Positions 36,637 through 46,580 of a DNA stretch of 64,000 nucleotides are shown piece by piece. The notes under the pieces are model-generated. The model was not told the DNA's origin, searched no databases, and worked only from the letters and a program-made list of their open reading frames with translations. The stretch lies in assembly GCA_964653655.1 (NCBI GenBank), contig CAZZHG010000010.1, positions 5,885 through 69,884 on the forward strand, written 5' to 3'. The stretch is from an uncultured Pseudobdellovibrionaceae bacterium. Its GTDB lineage: Bacteria > Bdellovibrionota > FAC87 > UBA2466. A program made the translations under genes and the position numbers. Numbering within the stretch: position 1 is the first letter of the stretch; each line of letters opens with the position of its first letter.

Positions 36637-38030
36637 AATTCTTGATCAAGGAGCGCACGGCGCTCGAGAACACGGCGGAAAAACTTCTCTCGGCGGCGAT
36701 GTCGGCGGGGGCTAAGAAGGCGGAGGTTTGCGCCTCCTTCAGCTCGAAAACCCGGATCGCTCTCGAAAAGCAGGACTACCACCTGGCCTCCTCGGACGAG
36801 GGCTACAATTTCGGGCTTCGGGTGCTGCTCGATCAGAAGCAGGGCTTCGCGTCGTGTAACACGACCGACCCGAAGGAGCTGAAGGAAATCGCCCTTCGCG
36901 CGGTGGAGATAGCGGGCTTCTCCCCGCCCAATCCCCACGTCGACATTTTGGAATCGGCTAACGTCCCGAGCGAAGCCCCTTCCGAGCTTTTCGATCCGGC
37001 CCTTCACCAAGTCTCTCTCCATACTCAGCGGGACTGGATTAAATTGCTTGCCGACGAAGCGATGCGCGACAAGCGCCTCAAACTCAACGAAGGAAGCCTC
37101 GAGATCGGCTCCAGCCTTTTTCTCGTTATGAACTCGCTCGGCACCCACAAGATTGAAAAGGAAACGGCCGCCGGCTGGAGCCTCATGGGAATGGGAGCCG
37201 AGGGCGACCGCATGACGAGCTTCGATTATTTCTCCGATCTGTCGCGCAAAGCGGCGGGCGTGCCCGACCGCCTCGTCAACAGCGCCAGAAAGTTCCGCAC
37301 GGAGCTCATAGAGACTCTCAATCAGGGAGCGCCGGAGACTTACAAGGGCGTCGTCGTCTTTTCGCCGAGAGCCGCTCTCGAGATACTCATCGATTCCCTC
37401 GTCTATCATTTCAACGGAAGAAACCTCGTCGAGGGAACCTCGCGGTGGAAGCTCGGTGAGCTCGGCAAGAAGCTCTTCCACCCGTCGCTGACGATTCTCG
37501 ACGATCCTTGGAAAACCGATCGCGCCGGCTGCACGCTTTTCGACCGGGAAGGAACCCCGGCTCGTCCGCTAACTCTCCTCGAAGGCGGAACGTGGAAAAA
37601 CGTGATGCTCGATCACTACGCCGCGAAAGCCTTGGGACGCACTTCCACCGGACATGCCGGCGGCGGCCCCTCGGGAATTCCGGGGCTGGGCTCTCACGGC
37701 ATCGTGGTCGCCGGTGGAACTACGCCCGTGAAAACTCTGCTCAAGGACATCGCCTCCAAACAGAAAAACATGCTCATCGTCCATCGGTTCTCCGGCCAAA
37801 CCGATCCAGTCACCGGAGATTTCTCCGGCGTCGCCAAGGGCGGCGAGTGGTGGGTGAACGGTGAGCGCGCCTACTTCGTTCAGGAGACTCTCATCTCGGG
37901 AAACCTCTTCGAAGCCCTGGAAAAGCAGTTGGTGGGCCTTTCCAAGGAGACCGAGGTCGTGGACGCTTCCGAGGAATGCCCGACCCTTGCGATCGAAGGC
38001 ATTTCAGTTACCTCGGGCGCTAATAAGTAA
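36633..38030 (+). CDS. pmbA: Metalloprotease PmbA/TldE
   Basis: ORF 36249..38030 trimmed to ATG at 36633 (MKFLIKERTALENTAEKLL...). TldD/PmbA fold without the HExxxH. ATGA overlap with tldD. Confidence 0.8.
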   Translation: MKFLIKERTALENTAEKLLSAAMSAGAKKAEVCASFSSKTRIALEKQDYHLASSDEGYNFGLRVLLDQKQGFASCNTTDPKELKEIALRAVEIAGFSPPNPHVDILESANVPSEAPSELFDPALHQVSLHTQRDWIKLLADEAMRDKRLKLNEGSLEIGSSLFLVMNSLGTHKIEKETAAGWSLMGMGAEGDRMTSFDYFSDLSRKAAGVPDRLVNSARKFRTELIETLNQGAPETYKGVVVFSPRAALEILIDSLVYHFNGRNLVEGTSRWKLGELGKKLFHPSLTILDDPWKTDRAGCTLFDREGTPARPLTLLEGGTWKNVMLDHYAAKALGRTSTGHAGGGPSGIPGLGSHGIVVAGGTTPVKTLLKDIASKQKNMLIVHRFSGQTDPVTGDFSGVAKGGEWWVNGERAYFVQETLISGNLFEALEKQLVGLSKETEVVDASEECPTLAIEGISVTSGANK

Positions 38031-38223
38031 CCCCCGGTAATTCCAACCTAAACGGCGCATTTGTTACGCGCTGCATCCGGCTTACTCTTTTTTTGTTGCG
38101 CTGCCGCAATGAAATGAGTATCTGAATAACGCAAGCGGTCTAACGCGATTAATCATTAGGCCACTAAGAGTTTAACAATTTAGGTTCCCTCCCCAAGGGG
38201 ACCTAAACCCCCAACCCATGTAA

Positions 38224-38260
38224 GGGGCGATCTTTATCCGAGGATCGCCCCTTTTTATTT
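38224..38260 (+). terminator. Rho-independent terminator GGGGCGATC-N10-GATCGCCCC + TTTTTATTT
   Basis: Perfect 9-bp stem and T-run, 190 nt after the pmbA stop and 66 nt before the acyl-CoA dehydrogenase ATG. The position suggests it ends either a long pmbA 3' UTR or an independent small transcript. Confidence 0.55.
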
Positions 38261-38326
38261 GTGCCGGGTGCCTTGCCGATCGATCCCCTATGGCTTTTAC
38301 TCGACGCGAAATCCACGGAGAGCCCA

Positions 38327-40093
38327 ATGGAAACCACACCTGAGAAGAACCTCGCTCCTAAGGATCTGCCTTCGATAGGCAAATCGCTGTTCCACGGAAC
38401 CCTCCGAGCGGATCGCATCCTCCCCTTCCCGCGCTTCCCCGAAGCCGAAAAGGAAATCCTCAACATGACTTTGGAGGCGATCGCGAAGCTCAAGAAGGAA
38501 GTAGACGTCTGGGCGATCGAGGATCAGAAGAAAATTCCGGACGACCTGATGAACCGGATGAAGGAGATGGGCCTCTTCGGCCTAATCATCCCCGAGGAGT
38601 ACGGCGGCTTCGGATTTTCGAACAGCGCTTACGTCCAGACGATCGCGGCGCTCGGCATGATCGATACCAGCATCACGGTCACGATGGGGGCGCACCAGTC
38701 CATCGGACTGAAGGCACTCTTGATGTTCGGAACCGAAGAGCAAAAACGCGCCTACCTTCCGAAGCTCGCGACCGGCGAATGGATCGCGGCCTTCGGCCTC
38801 ACGGAACCAGGCGCGGGAAGCGACGTGCGAAGCCTTCGCACCACGGCGGTACTTTCCGCCGATAAATCCCATTACGTCCTGAACGGCGAAAAAATTTGGA
38901 TCACCAACGGCGGGCTCGCCCACTTTTTCACGGTGTTCGCGAAGACCGCCTCTCCCGACGGCAAAGATAGGCTCACCTGCTTCATCGTGACCCGGGACAT
39001 GGAGGGTTTTTCCAGCGGCCCCGAGGAAAAAAAGATGGGGCTCTACGGCAGCTCCACGACCGCTCTGAGCTTTGTCGACGTGAAGGTGCCGGTAGCCAAT
39101 GTAATCGGAAAAGCCGGTGAAGGCTTCAAGATCGCCGTCTCCGTGCTGAACAACGGCCGCATGGGACTCGCTGGCGCTTGCGCCTTCGGCTCGAAGGACA
39201 TCATTCAAAAAGCGAACGAACACGCAAACCAGCGAAAGCAGTTCGGCCAGTCGCTCGCCGAGTTCGAGCTCATCCAGTCGAAGTTCGCTCACATGATCTC
39301 CGACACCTACGCGGCGGAGAGCATGGTCCGGCTCACGACGGATCTCATGGATCGCGGAGACTGGGATTACTCGCTGGAAACGGCGATGTGCAAAGTGTTT
39401 TGCACGGAAGCGGAATGGCGGACGGTGAACGAGTGCCTACAGATCGCCGGCGGCACGGGCTACATGCGCGAGTACGGTTACGAGAAGGCCGTACGCGATT
39501 CCCGCATCTTCACCATCTGGGAAGGCGCGAACGAAATCCTGCGCCTGTTCATCGGCCTCTCCGGCCTCCAGGGCCCGGGCGAGCAGCTCACTGAAATTTC
39601 GAAAGTGTTCAAGCAGCCGATGAACGACGTGCTCCACTCCCTCGGCGTGCTATCGGACTTCAGCGTGCGCTGGATTCAGCGGCGGGTCTGGACGCCCGAT
39701 TCCATCGTCGGCATTCATCCGTCGCTCAGCCGGGAAGAAGCCACCATCGAGAAGTACACGGCGAAGTTCGGAATGGAGTGCGAACTGCTGCTTCGGAAGT
39801 ACGGAAAGAAGATCCTCAAAGCCGAAATTCAGGTTCGGCGGGTGGCCGACATCGCCATCGATCTCTACGCCATGACGGCGACCGTCGCCCGTACCACGCG
39901 GTTGATCGAGGAACGTGGAGAAGCGGCCTCCGCCCAGGAAGCCCGCATGACACGGCTCTTCTGCCGAAAGGCGCGCCGGCGTATCTCGGAGAATTTCCGG
40001 CGGCTAAATCACAACGACGACGAGCTGGAAATACAGATCGCCAATACGTTCTATGAAGAGGGCGGCTACACGAAGCGCGGATTTTTTAGCTGA
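38327..40093 (+). CDS. Acyl-CoA dehydrogenase (long form, about 590 aa, with C-terminal extension)
   Basis: ORF 38261..40093 trimmed to ATG at 38327 (METTPEKNLAPKDL...). ACAD N-, middle beta- and C-terminal helical domains (GLTEPGAGSD, IWITNGG, catalytic-base region) plus about 170 extra C-terminal residues. Confidence 0.85.
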   Translation: METTPEKNLAPKDLPSIGKSLFHGTLRADRILPFPRFPEAEKEILNMTLEAIAKLKKEVDVWAIEDQKKIPDDLMNRMKEMGLFGLIIPEEYGGFGFSNSAYVQTIAALGMIDTSITVTMGAHQSIGLKALLMFGTEEQKRAYLPKLATGEWIAAFGLTEPGAGSDVRSLRTTAVLSADKSHYVLNGEKIWITNGGLAHFFTVFAKTASPDGKDRLTCFIVTRDMEGFSSGPEEKKMGLYGSSTTALSFVDVKVPVANVIGKAGEGFKIAVSVLNNGRMGLAGACAFGSKDIIQKANEHANQRKQFGQSLAEFELIQSKFAHMISDTYAAESMVRLTTDLMDRGDWDYSLETAMCKVFCTEAEWRTVNECLQIAGGTGYMREYGYEKAVRDSRIFTIWEGANEILRLFIGLSGLQGPGEQLTEISKVFKQPMNDVLHSLGVLSDFSVRWIQRRVWTPDSIVGIHPSLSREEATIEKYTAKFGMECELLLRKYGKKILKAEIQVRRVADIAIDLYAMTATVARTTRLIEERGEAASAQEARMTRLFCRKARRRISENFRRLNHNDDELEIQIANTFYEEGGYTKRGFFS

Positions 40094-40095
40094 AG

Positions 40096-41589
40096 TTAGA
40101 GCGCGCCGCTTTTCTCGAGCTTCAAGATCTCTCGCTCGATCTGGTCCGGCGTTCCGTAGAAGACCAGGATTTCGGATCGGAGTCCTTCCCGGATTCCCTG
40201 GGCAGTCTTTCTCGGCTCGATCAGCCCGTTCGTATAGAGGCGAAGGGTGAGGTTGTAACCAATCTGATCCAGGTTCTCTCCCATCGGGACGCCGACGCCG
40301 ACAATGAGCCCCGCGAGCAGCCGATTTTCCGCGTAGACGATCTTTCCGTCTTTGACTCCGATCGTCTGGAACCGATTGGTCGCGGAACCTGGGAAGTAGA
40401 GGGCGATTCCTTTGTTTCTTTCCGGATCGCGCCCTTGGGTCATCAACACGTACGGCCGCACCTGCACACTGGCATTCACGGAAGGAAATCCGGAAGCCTT
40501 GCCGCTTTTGAACTGGCGATCCGTGTAATCGTCCTCTCGGTGGGCGATCATCAAATTAGTTCGCTCCCGGCTTGCGCCGATATCGGAGAGATTCTCGAAG
40601 CTCCACGTGCTATCCCCGTTCTTCTTGTAGGTTAGAAAACGGTAGGAGGAATTTTCCTTGAGCCGCAGGCCCCACGAGTAAACGGCGAAGCTCATGTCGG
40701 TGATCCCGGCGGCGTCGCCTTGGTAGGCGAAGGGGGAAAGATTCAACAGGAACTCGGCGAGTACCCAGTTGCCGAGAAGTCTCGGATCCGCGGGGCGGTT
40801 GAACTGCATGACCGAACTGGGAGCCCGCGTATACTCGAGGTGATTCAGAAACCGGAATACGGGCAGGCTCGAATTGAGCGCCCCCGAATAGTCGCTGACC
40901 TCTCCCTGAAAATCGAATTCCGACCGCACCTCGTTATCCAAGGTTTCTCCTTGGCACGCGTCTTTGTCCGTCCCGTTGATCATGGCGTCCATGAAATCGC
41001 GGCTCGCGCTCTTGTTGATGGCGTCGGCCTCGAGGAAGTCTTTTTTGTCGTTTACGAAGTTGGGCATGTTGAAACGCTTGATGCGCATTCCGCCGTTAAT
41101 CTTTTCGATCCGCGCCTCCGTGCCGGTGGACCACGCCGCCCCGGCTTGAGTCGGATTCCAATCGTTGGCGTGCAGGCCGTCCCGGATGGAGGACTGCCAG
41201 CCGTCGCCGTAACCGTACCGGGACTGATCTTCTTCTCCGGGAGGAGAAAAGTAGTAGCCGTAGCCGCCGCCGCGCGGGTTCATCTTATAGACCGCGCCTT
41301 TCGAAGTTACCTTGTACTCTTCCGGACCGCGTCCCGGGTGGCTGAGGGTGAGGATGTCCTTCGGAAACTTAGTTTCCAGCGGGATGAGGCGATCGGGCAC
41401 GTAACCCGAGGTCAGGCCGCGGCTGTCGGCGAGACAGTGGTTCGGGGCGCTTCGGCAGGCATCAGGCTGAAGTACCGCCGGGGAAACCTCGGGCGGCGAG
41501 CAAGGATCGCCGGCGAAGACGTCATTTGGCGCTCCCAAGACCAAAAGAAGCCCCGGAAGCAGGCGGACTAAATTTTTGTGCATAGCCAA
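40096..41589 (-). CDS. Hypothetical secreted protein (Gly/Tyr-rich N-terminal region)
   Basis: 497 aa, signal peptide (LVRLLPGLLLVLGAPNDVFA), GGGYGYYFSPPGEEDQSRYGYGDGW segment. No recognisable catalytic motif. Confidence 0.5.
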   Translation of the reverse strand: MAMHKNLVRLLPGLLLVLGAPNDVFAGDPCSPPEVSPAVLQPDACRSAPNHCLADSRGLTSGYVPDRLIPLETKFPKDILTLSHPGRGPEEYKVTSKGAVYKMNPRGGGYGYYFSPPGEEDQSRYGYGDGWQSSIRDGLHANDWNPTQAGAAWSTGTEARIEKINGGMRIKRFNMPNFVNDKKDFLEADAINKSASRDFMDAMINGTDKDACQGETLDNEVRSEFDFQGEVSDYSGALNSSLPVFRFLNHLEYTRAPSSVMQFNRPADPRLLGNWVLAEFLLNLSPFAYQGDAAGITDMSFAVYSWGLRLKENSSYRFLTYKKNGDSTWSFENLSDIGASRERTNLMIAHREDDYTDRQFKSGKASGFPSVNASVQVRPYVLMTQGRDPERNKGIALYFPGSATNRFQTIGVKDGKIVYAENRLLAGLIVGVGVPMGENLDQIGYNLTLRLYTNGLIEPRKTAQGIREGLRSEILVFYGTPDQIEREILKLEKSGAL

Positions 41590-41849
41590 TCATATCAGGC
41601 ATGACTTGCCGCGGTAAATACTAGCTTAACCATATGCAATCACTTATTAAATTGTTATTGATTATGTCGATTGGGAAGTTTTTTTAAACTGGCTTTTTCC
41701 TCTTCTAAGGGAGCGTTTGCTCTCCCCTCTCCCTCCTACGCAGTACCGCCGTGCGAGTTGGCGCGCGGCGAGTGCTCGAGGGAACTATCGCCCAACGTTC
41801 GACACTGACGGCTTGCCGACCGCGTGGCGTCTAGCTACTTTGTCGGCCT

Positions 41850-43178
41850 ATGTTCGAGAGTTTAACGGAAAAATTCATCGGAACCCTTCGGGTCATCGCG
41901 GGCAAAACCCGTTTGACCGAAGAGGTGCTGGACGAAGTCTGCCGCCAGCTGCGCACCCATCTTCTCGAAGCCGACGTAAACGTTAAGGTCGTAAAGGACT
42001 TCGTGCAGTCCGTCCGCCAGAAGGCGCTCGGCTCCGAAGTTCAAAAGAGTCTCACGCCGGAACAGCATTTCATCCGGATCGTTTATCAAGAGCTGGCTCA
42101 GGTCATGGGCGGCAAGGCCGCCGAGCTCAACTTCCGCGTACGTCCGCCGGCCGTCTTCATGGTCGTCGGTCTCCAGGGTTCCGGTAAGACGACTTCCACC
42201 GTGAAGCTCGCCCGCTACCTGCAAGACACGATGAAGAAGCGGGTCTTCACTGCTTCCCTCGACGTCTATCGTCCGGCCGCCATCGAGCAGCTCGGCGTTC
42301 TGCTCGACAAAGAGGGGATGGAACACTTTCAAAGCCCCGTTCTCGATTCCGTACGCGAGCGCGCGGTCCTTGCCCGCGAGGAAGCCATCCGCCGGAACGC
42401 GGAAGTGCTTCTCATCGATACGGCCGGCCGTCTGCACGTCGACGCCGAGATGATGGAGGAGATTCGGGAGCTGTCCTCGGTTTTCACGCCCGCGGAAATT
42501 CTCCTCGTGGTCGACGCGATGACGGGTCAGGACGCGGTCAACATCGCGACCAGTTTCCAGGAAAGCGTTCCGCTCACCGGCGTCGTGCTCACGAAGCTCG
42601 ACGGCGACGCCCGCGGCGGCGCCGCCCTTTCGGTGCGCGCGGTAACCGGGGTTCCCATCAAGTTCTGCGGCATCGGCGAGAAGCCGGGCGACTTCGAGGT
42701 ATTCCACCCGGACCGCCTCGCCTCCCGCATTCTCGACATGGGCGACTTGCTCTCGCTGGCCGAGAAGGCGCAAGCCACTCTCGATCCGGCGGAGACGCTC
42801 AAGCTCGCGAAGAAGGTCAAAAAGAACGAGTTCACGCTGGCCGATTTCTACGTCCACCTTCAGCAGATCAAGAAGATGGGCTCCTTCGAGAACCTTTTGA
42901 AGTTCCTCCCCGGCATGGGTCAGATGACGAAGCAATTCAAACATATGACCCCGCCCGATGATGAGCTTAAGAAGATTGAGGCCATCATCCTGTCCATGAC
43001 GCCGGAAGAACGGGTCAACCACAACGTCATCGACGGCAGCCGGAGAAAGCGCATCTCCCGCGGAAGCGGCACCGAGGTGCAGGACGTGAACCGCCTTCTC
43101 AAGCAGTTCCTGGAAGCCCGTAAGATGATGAGTCGCCTGACCAAATCGCCTATGGGCAAACGCAGACCGATGTGGTAA
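41850..43178 (+). CDS. ffh: Signal recognition particle protein Ffh
   Basis: 442 aa: N domain, G domain (GLQGSGKTT, DTAGR, TKLDG), M domain Met-rich C-terminus. Confidence 0.95.
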   Translation: MFESLTEKFIGTLRVIAGKTRLTEEVLDEVCRQLRTHLLEADVNVKVVKDFVQSVRQKALGSEVQKSLTPEQHFIRIVYQELAQVMGGKAAELNFRVRPPAVFMVVGLQGSGKTTSTVKLARYLQDTMKKRVFTASLDVYRPAAIEQLGVLLDKEGMEHFQSPVLDSVRERAVLAREEAIRRNAEVLLIDTAGRLHVDAEMMEEIRELSSVFTPAEILLVVDAMTGQDAVNIATSFQESVPLTGVVLTKLDGDARGGAALSVRAVTGVPIKFCGIGEKPGDFEVFHPDRLASRILDMGDLLSLAEKAQATLDPAETLKLAKKVKKNEFTLADFYVHLQQIKKMGSFENLLKFLPGMGQMTKQFKHMTPPDDELKKIEAIILSMTPEERVNHNVIDGSRRKRISRGSGTEVQDVNRLLKQFLEARKMMSRLTKSPMGKRRPMW

Positions 43179-43239
43179 TCCTCGTGCTGTAGCGTGGCGT
43201 GGTTTTTCAGCTACGGTTTTTGGAGGCTAAGTCAGCAAG

Positions 43240-43554
43240 ATGGCAACGGTTATTCGGTTTTCTCGGCACGGAAAGAAAAAGATGCCCTTCTACCGCATCG
43301 TGGTGCAGGACTCGCGTTCTCCCCGTGATGGTCGGTTCATTGAACACATCGGTTCCTTCGATCCCACTAAGGGGCGCGACATTCTGACGGTTGAACAAGA
43401 CCGTCTGGACTACTGGCTCGCGACCGGTGCTCAGCCGTCCGAATCGCTGGCGAATCGCTTGAAGGCTTGGCGGAAAAAGAATCCCGGCTCACCGACTGCC
43501 CCAACGCCTGCGCAAGCGGGCAAGAAGAAAGCCGCCACGGCTAAAGAAGCGTAA
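43240..43554 (+). CDS. rpsP: 30S ribosomal protein S16
   Basis: 104 aa starting MATVIRFSRHGKKKMPFYRIVVQDSRSPRDGRFIE, with a basic C-terminal extension. Confidence 0.9.
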   Translation: MATVIRFSRHGKKKMPFYRIVVQDSRSPRDGRFIEHIGSFDPTKGRDILTVEQDRLDYWLATGAQPSESLANRLKAWRKKNPGSPTAPTPAQAGKKKAATAKEA

Positions 43555-43608
43555 GACCCTAAAATACGCGGCCCTGGTTAGCAGCTTTAGTCACACAAGG
43601 AGAGGGTT

Positions 43609-43848
43609 GTGGAAGAACTCAGAAATCTCGTGGAAGTCATGGCGAAAGCGCTCGTGGATTTCCCCGATAAAGTGACGGTTGCGGAAGTGGAAGGGGAGCA
43701 GACGACGGTAATCGAGCTCAAGGTCGCCAAAGAGGACCTCGGCAAGATTATCGGCAAGGAAGGACGCACGGCGAGATCTCTTCGGACGATCTTGGCGGCG
43801 GTCTCGACGAAGCTCCGCAAGCGGTCGGTTCTCGAAATCCTCGAGTAA
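43609..43848 (+). CDS. KH-domain RNA-binding protein (YlqC/UPF0109 family)
   Basis: 79 aa with [18 protein letters not shown] (KH GxxG). GTG start. Sits in the conserved position between rpsP and rimM. Confidence 0.75.
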   Translation: MEELRNLVEVMAKALVDFPDKVTVAEVEGEQTTVIELKVAKEDLGKIIGKEGRTARSLRTILAAVSTKLRKRSVLEILE

Positions 43849-43947
43849 CCGCTCCTTCCCAAAAAAAGTTTTTAGTTGATTCATCCCGTTTCTCTGCCCG
43901 ATTTCATCCAGATTTCTCCGACTTCAATTGCTTTGATCGAAGGATTC

Positions 43948-44463
43948 ATGAACTTGGTACGCGTCGGAAAAATTGGGCGCCCTCATAGCTTTAGGGGCGC
44001 TTTCGTCGTTCAGGAACACAGCGGACCGGACTCCGTTCTAGGATCCGCAAAACGCCTGTGGGTCGGAACGACCGCGGAGAACGCCAAGGAATATCCCGTC
44101 GCCGAGGCCCGCTGGGTCGGACAGGGCTGGGTCCTCAAGCTCGCGGGAGTCGACTCCGACGAGTGGGTAAAGGCGAGCGTGCACCAATCCGTGTTTCAGG
44201 AACGGGCCGCTTTTCCGGAAGCCGACGGAGGAGAGTACTACGTCGCCGACCTCATCGGATTCACGGCGGTGGACGCGGAATCGGGCGAGCGGCTCGGCAA
44301 CTTTCTCGGCGCCGAAACTCCGGCCCCCGGCATGGGCCCCGATCGCTGGTGGTTTCAAATGGGCGGGCGTGAAGTCGCCGTTCCCGCCATTCCCGACTTC
44401 GTCGTGTCGGTGGATCTCGAAACGAAAACCATCGTGGTTCGTGGACTCAAGGAGATGCCATGA
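43948..44463 (+). CDS. rimM: Ribosome maturation factor RimM
   Basis: ORF 43876..44463 trimmed to ATG at 43948 (MNLVRVGKIGRPHSFRGAF...). PRC barrel C-terminal domain. Confidence 0.8.
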   Translation: MNLVRVGKIGRPHSFRGAFVVQEHSGPDSVLGSAKRLWVGTTAENAKEYPVAEARWVGQGWVLKLAGVDSDEWVKASVHQSVFQERAAFPEADGGEYYVADLIGFTAVDAESGERLGNFLGAETPAPGMGPDRWWFQMGGREVAVPAIPDFVVSVDLETKTIVVRGLKEMP

Positions 44464-44530
44464 GGCTATCCTCAAAGATTCGCCGGGCGCCGACCCTTAG
44501 TACGGCCGTCGAAGTTTACGGACTAGCGTC

Positions 44531-45250
44531 ATGATCCACTTTCACTTCATCACGCTTTTCCCCGAGACGGTCGAAGTTTGGCTCAATACGAGCATTCCGG
44601 GACGCGCTCGCGCGGCCGGGCTCTTTGATTATTCGACCGTTCAGCTTCGCGAGTTCACGAAGGACGTGCACCGTACCGTCGACGACGTCGCCTACGGCGG
44701 CGGCGGCGGAATGGTTCTGAAAGTGGAGCCGCTCGTGGAAGCGGTGGAATCGCTTTGGGCGAAACACGGACAGAAGAATTGCCGGACGATTTACTTTTCG
44801 CCGGCGGGCCGCCGCCTCAATCAGCAAACTCTCGATGAGCTGCACCCGGATCGGGGCGGGCCCAAACAAATCATTCTAATCTGCGGCCACTACGAAGGGG
44901 TCGACGAACGCTTCATCGAAGGCTGGATCGATCTCGAAATTTCCATCGGCGATTTCGTGGTCACCGGCGGAGAGCTGCCGGCTCTTTGCCTGACCGATGC
45001 CCTCATCCGGCAACAGGAAGGCGCCCTCGGCTGCCAAGGGGCTTCGGAAGAAGAGTCCTTCCGGCTCAAGTCTCCGGATACGGCAAGCCCGCTCCTCGAG
45101 TATCCCCAGTACACCCGCCCGGCGGAGTTCCGGGGGCGGAAGGTTCCGGACGTCCTTCTTAGCGGCAATCATGAAAAGGTGCGGCAATGGCGCCTGGCCC
45201 AGGCTCGCTCCCGCACGGAAACCCGCCGGCCCGATCTCCTCTCGCGTTAA
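44531..45250 (+). CDS. trmD: tRNA (guanine37-N1)-methyltransferase
   Basis: 239 aa: MIHFHFITLFPE, DDVAYGGGGGMVLKVEP, SGNHEK, the SPOUT knot motifs of TrmD. Confidence 0.9.
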   Translation: MIHFHFITLFPETVEVWLNTSIPGRARAAGLFDYSTVQLREFTKDVHRTVDDVAYGGGGGMVLKVEPLVEAVESLWAKHGQKNCRTIYFSPAGRRLNQQTLDELHPDRGGPKQIILICGHYEGVDERFIEGWIDLEISIGDFVVTGGELPALCLTDALIRQQEGALGCQGASEEESFRLKSPDTASPLLEYPQYTRPAEFRGRKVPDVLLSGNHEKVRQWRLAQARSRTETRRPDLLSR

Positions 45251-45361
45251 CAGCCATTAACCCAATTAAGTCCTCGCTAGGGTCATACCCGGCCTTGCCT
45301 GTAAAATAGAAACAGTCTCACCGCTCGTCTTTCGCTATCCCTAAAAAATCCAGGAGGAGTC

Positions 45362-46534
45362 ATGCTTCGCTCTTTCGCCCTGCTTTGTCTGGTGGCGTCC
45401 GTCCACGCTTCCGGGGACCATATGCGATATCTCCTTCTGCCGGATTCTCCGCCCGCCCTCACGCGGGAGCTGGGACCCGGCCAGCTGATAGCCCAGGACG
45501 GCGACGTCTCCCTGGTGACGGTTCCCTTCTCGCGCCTGGAACATTGGTCGAAAGTCGTGCACGACAGCCTCAAAGGATGCGGCGGCTACATCGACGTGAC
45601 CGACGAAGTGGAAAAGGGAGCGAGCGCCGAGTATCTCGTGTGGCGGGAGAACTTCTACAAAGCAAGAGGAAGCGCCGATATCGATTACCGAGTCCGCGGC
45701 ACCGGGGAGATCGCCGACCTGGTCGCGCGGGCCGACGACGACAGGCTTTGGGCGTTTCTGACGGAGCTAAGCGCTTTTCCCGATCGCTCGGCGACCACCG
45801 CCGACGGAAAGCGGGCCGCGGAATTTTTGGAAACGAAAGCAAAAGCGGCTGCGGGCCTTCTGGGACTCACGACCGAGTTCGTCGCGACCGGCACGACTTA
45901 TCAGCAGCCTTCCCTCGTGGCGACGCTGCCCGGAACCGATCCGTCCCTCCCCGGCATCGTAATCGGCGGCCACATGGATACCTTCAGCAGCAACAAACCG
46001 GGCGCCGACGACGACGGCAGCGGCAGCTCCACGGTGATGGAAGTGCTTCGCACGATCGGAACCCCCGGCTCCCGCTTCAAGCGCACGATCTATTTCATAT
46101 GGTACTCGGCGGAAGAGCGGGGACTGGTGGGATCGAAGTTCGTCGTCCAGCACTTCAAGGACAAGGGACGCAAAGTGGACGCGGCTCTCCAAATGGACAT
46201 GACCGGCCTGAAGAGCCCGAAGGACTCCTCCGACCTTTACCTCATCACCGACAACACGAACGCGACGCTGAACGCGACTTTGAAGCGGCTACTCACTCAA
46301 TACATGCCGACGGTCAAAGTCGGCGAGACCCAGTGCGGGTACGCCTGCAGCGACCACGTAAACTGGCACCGGGCGGGCATTCCGGCTGCCTTTCCCTTCG
46401 AAACGAGCTTCGGCAACATGAACACGAAGTTCCATACCGCGGACGACAAGATCCAATACCTGGACAAGCAGCACATGGGCAACTTCGCCCGGCTGGGCTT
46501 GGCTTACCTCGGCGAGCTTGCCGAGCTCCAATAG
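45362..46534 (+). CDS. Secreted M28-family zinc aminopeptidase
   Basis: 390 aa. Signal peptide. Metal ligand motifs HMDTF, DDDGSGSS, AEERGLVGS, CSDH typical of M28 (Vibrio/Streptomyces aminopeptidase type). Strong GGAGGAG RBS. Confidence 0.75.
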   Translation: MLRSFALLCLVASVHASGDHMRYLLLPDSPPALTRELGPGQLIAQDGDVSLVTVPFSRLEHWSKVVHDSLKGCGGYIDVTDEVEKGASAEYLVWRENFYKARGSADIDYRVRGTGEIADLVARADDDRLWAFLTELSAFPDRSATTADGKRAAEFLETKAKAAAGLLGLTTEFVATGTTYQQPSLVATLPGTDPSLPGIVIGGHMDTFSSNKPGADDDGSGSSTVMEVLRTIGTPGSRFKRTIYFIWYSAEERGLVGSKFVVQHFKDKGRKVDAALQMDMTGLKSPKDSSDLYLITDNTNATLNATLKRLLTQYMPTVKVGETQCGYACSDHVNWHRAGIPAAFPFETSFGNMNTKFHTADDKIQYLDKQHMGNFARLGLAYLGELAELQ

Positions 46535-46580
46535 AGCGCGCTTTGACAAGACCAGGGTCGCGGACCTAAACCTCATCCAG

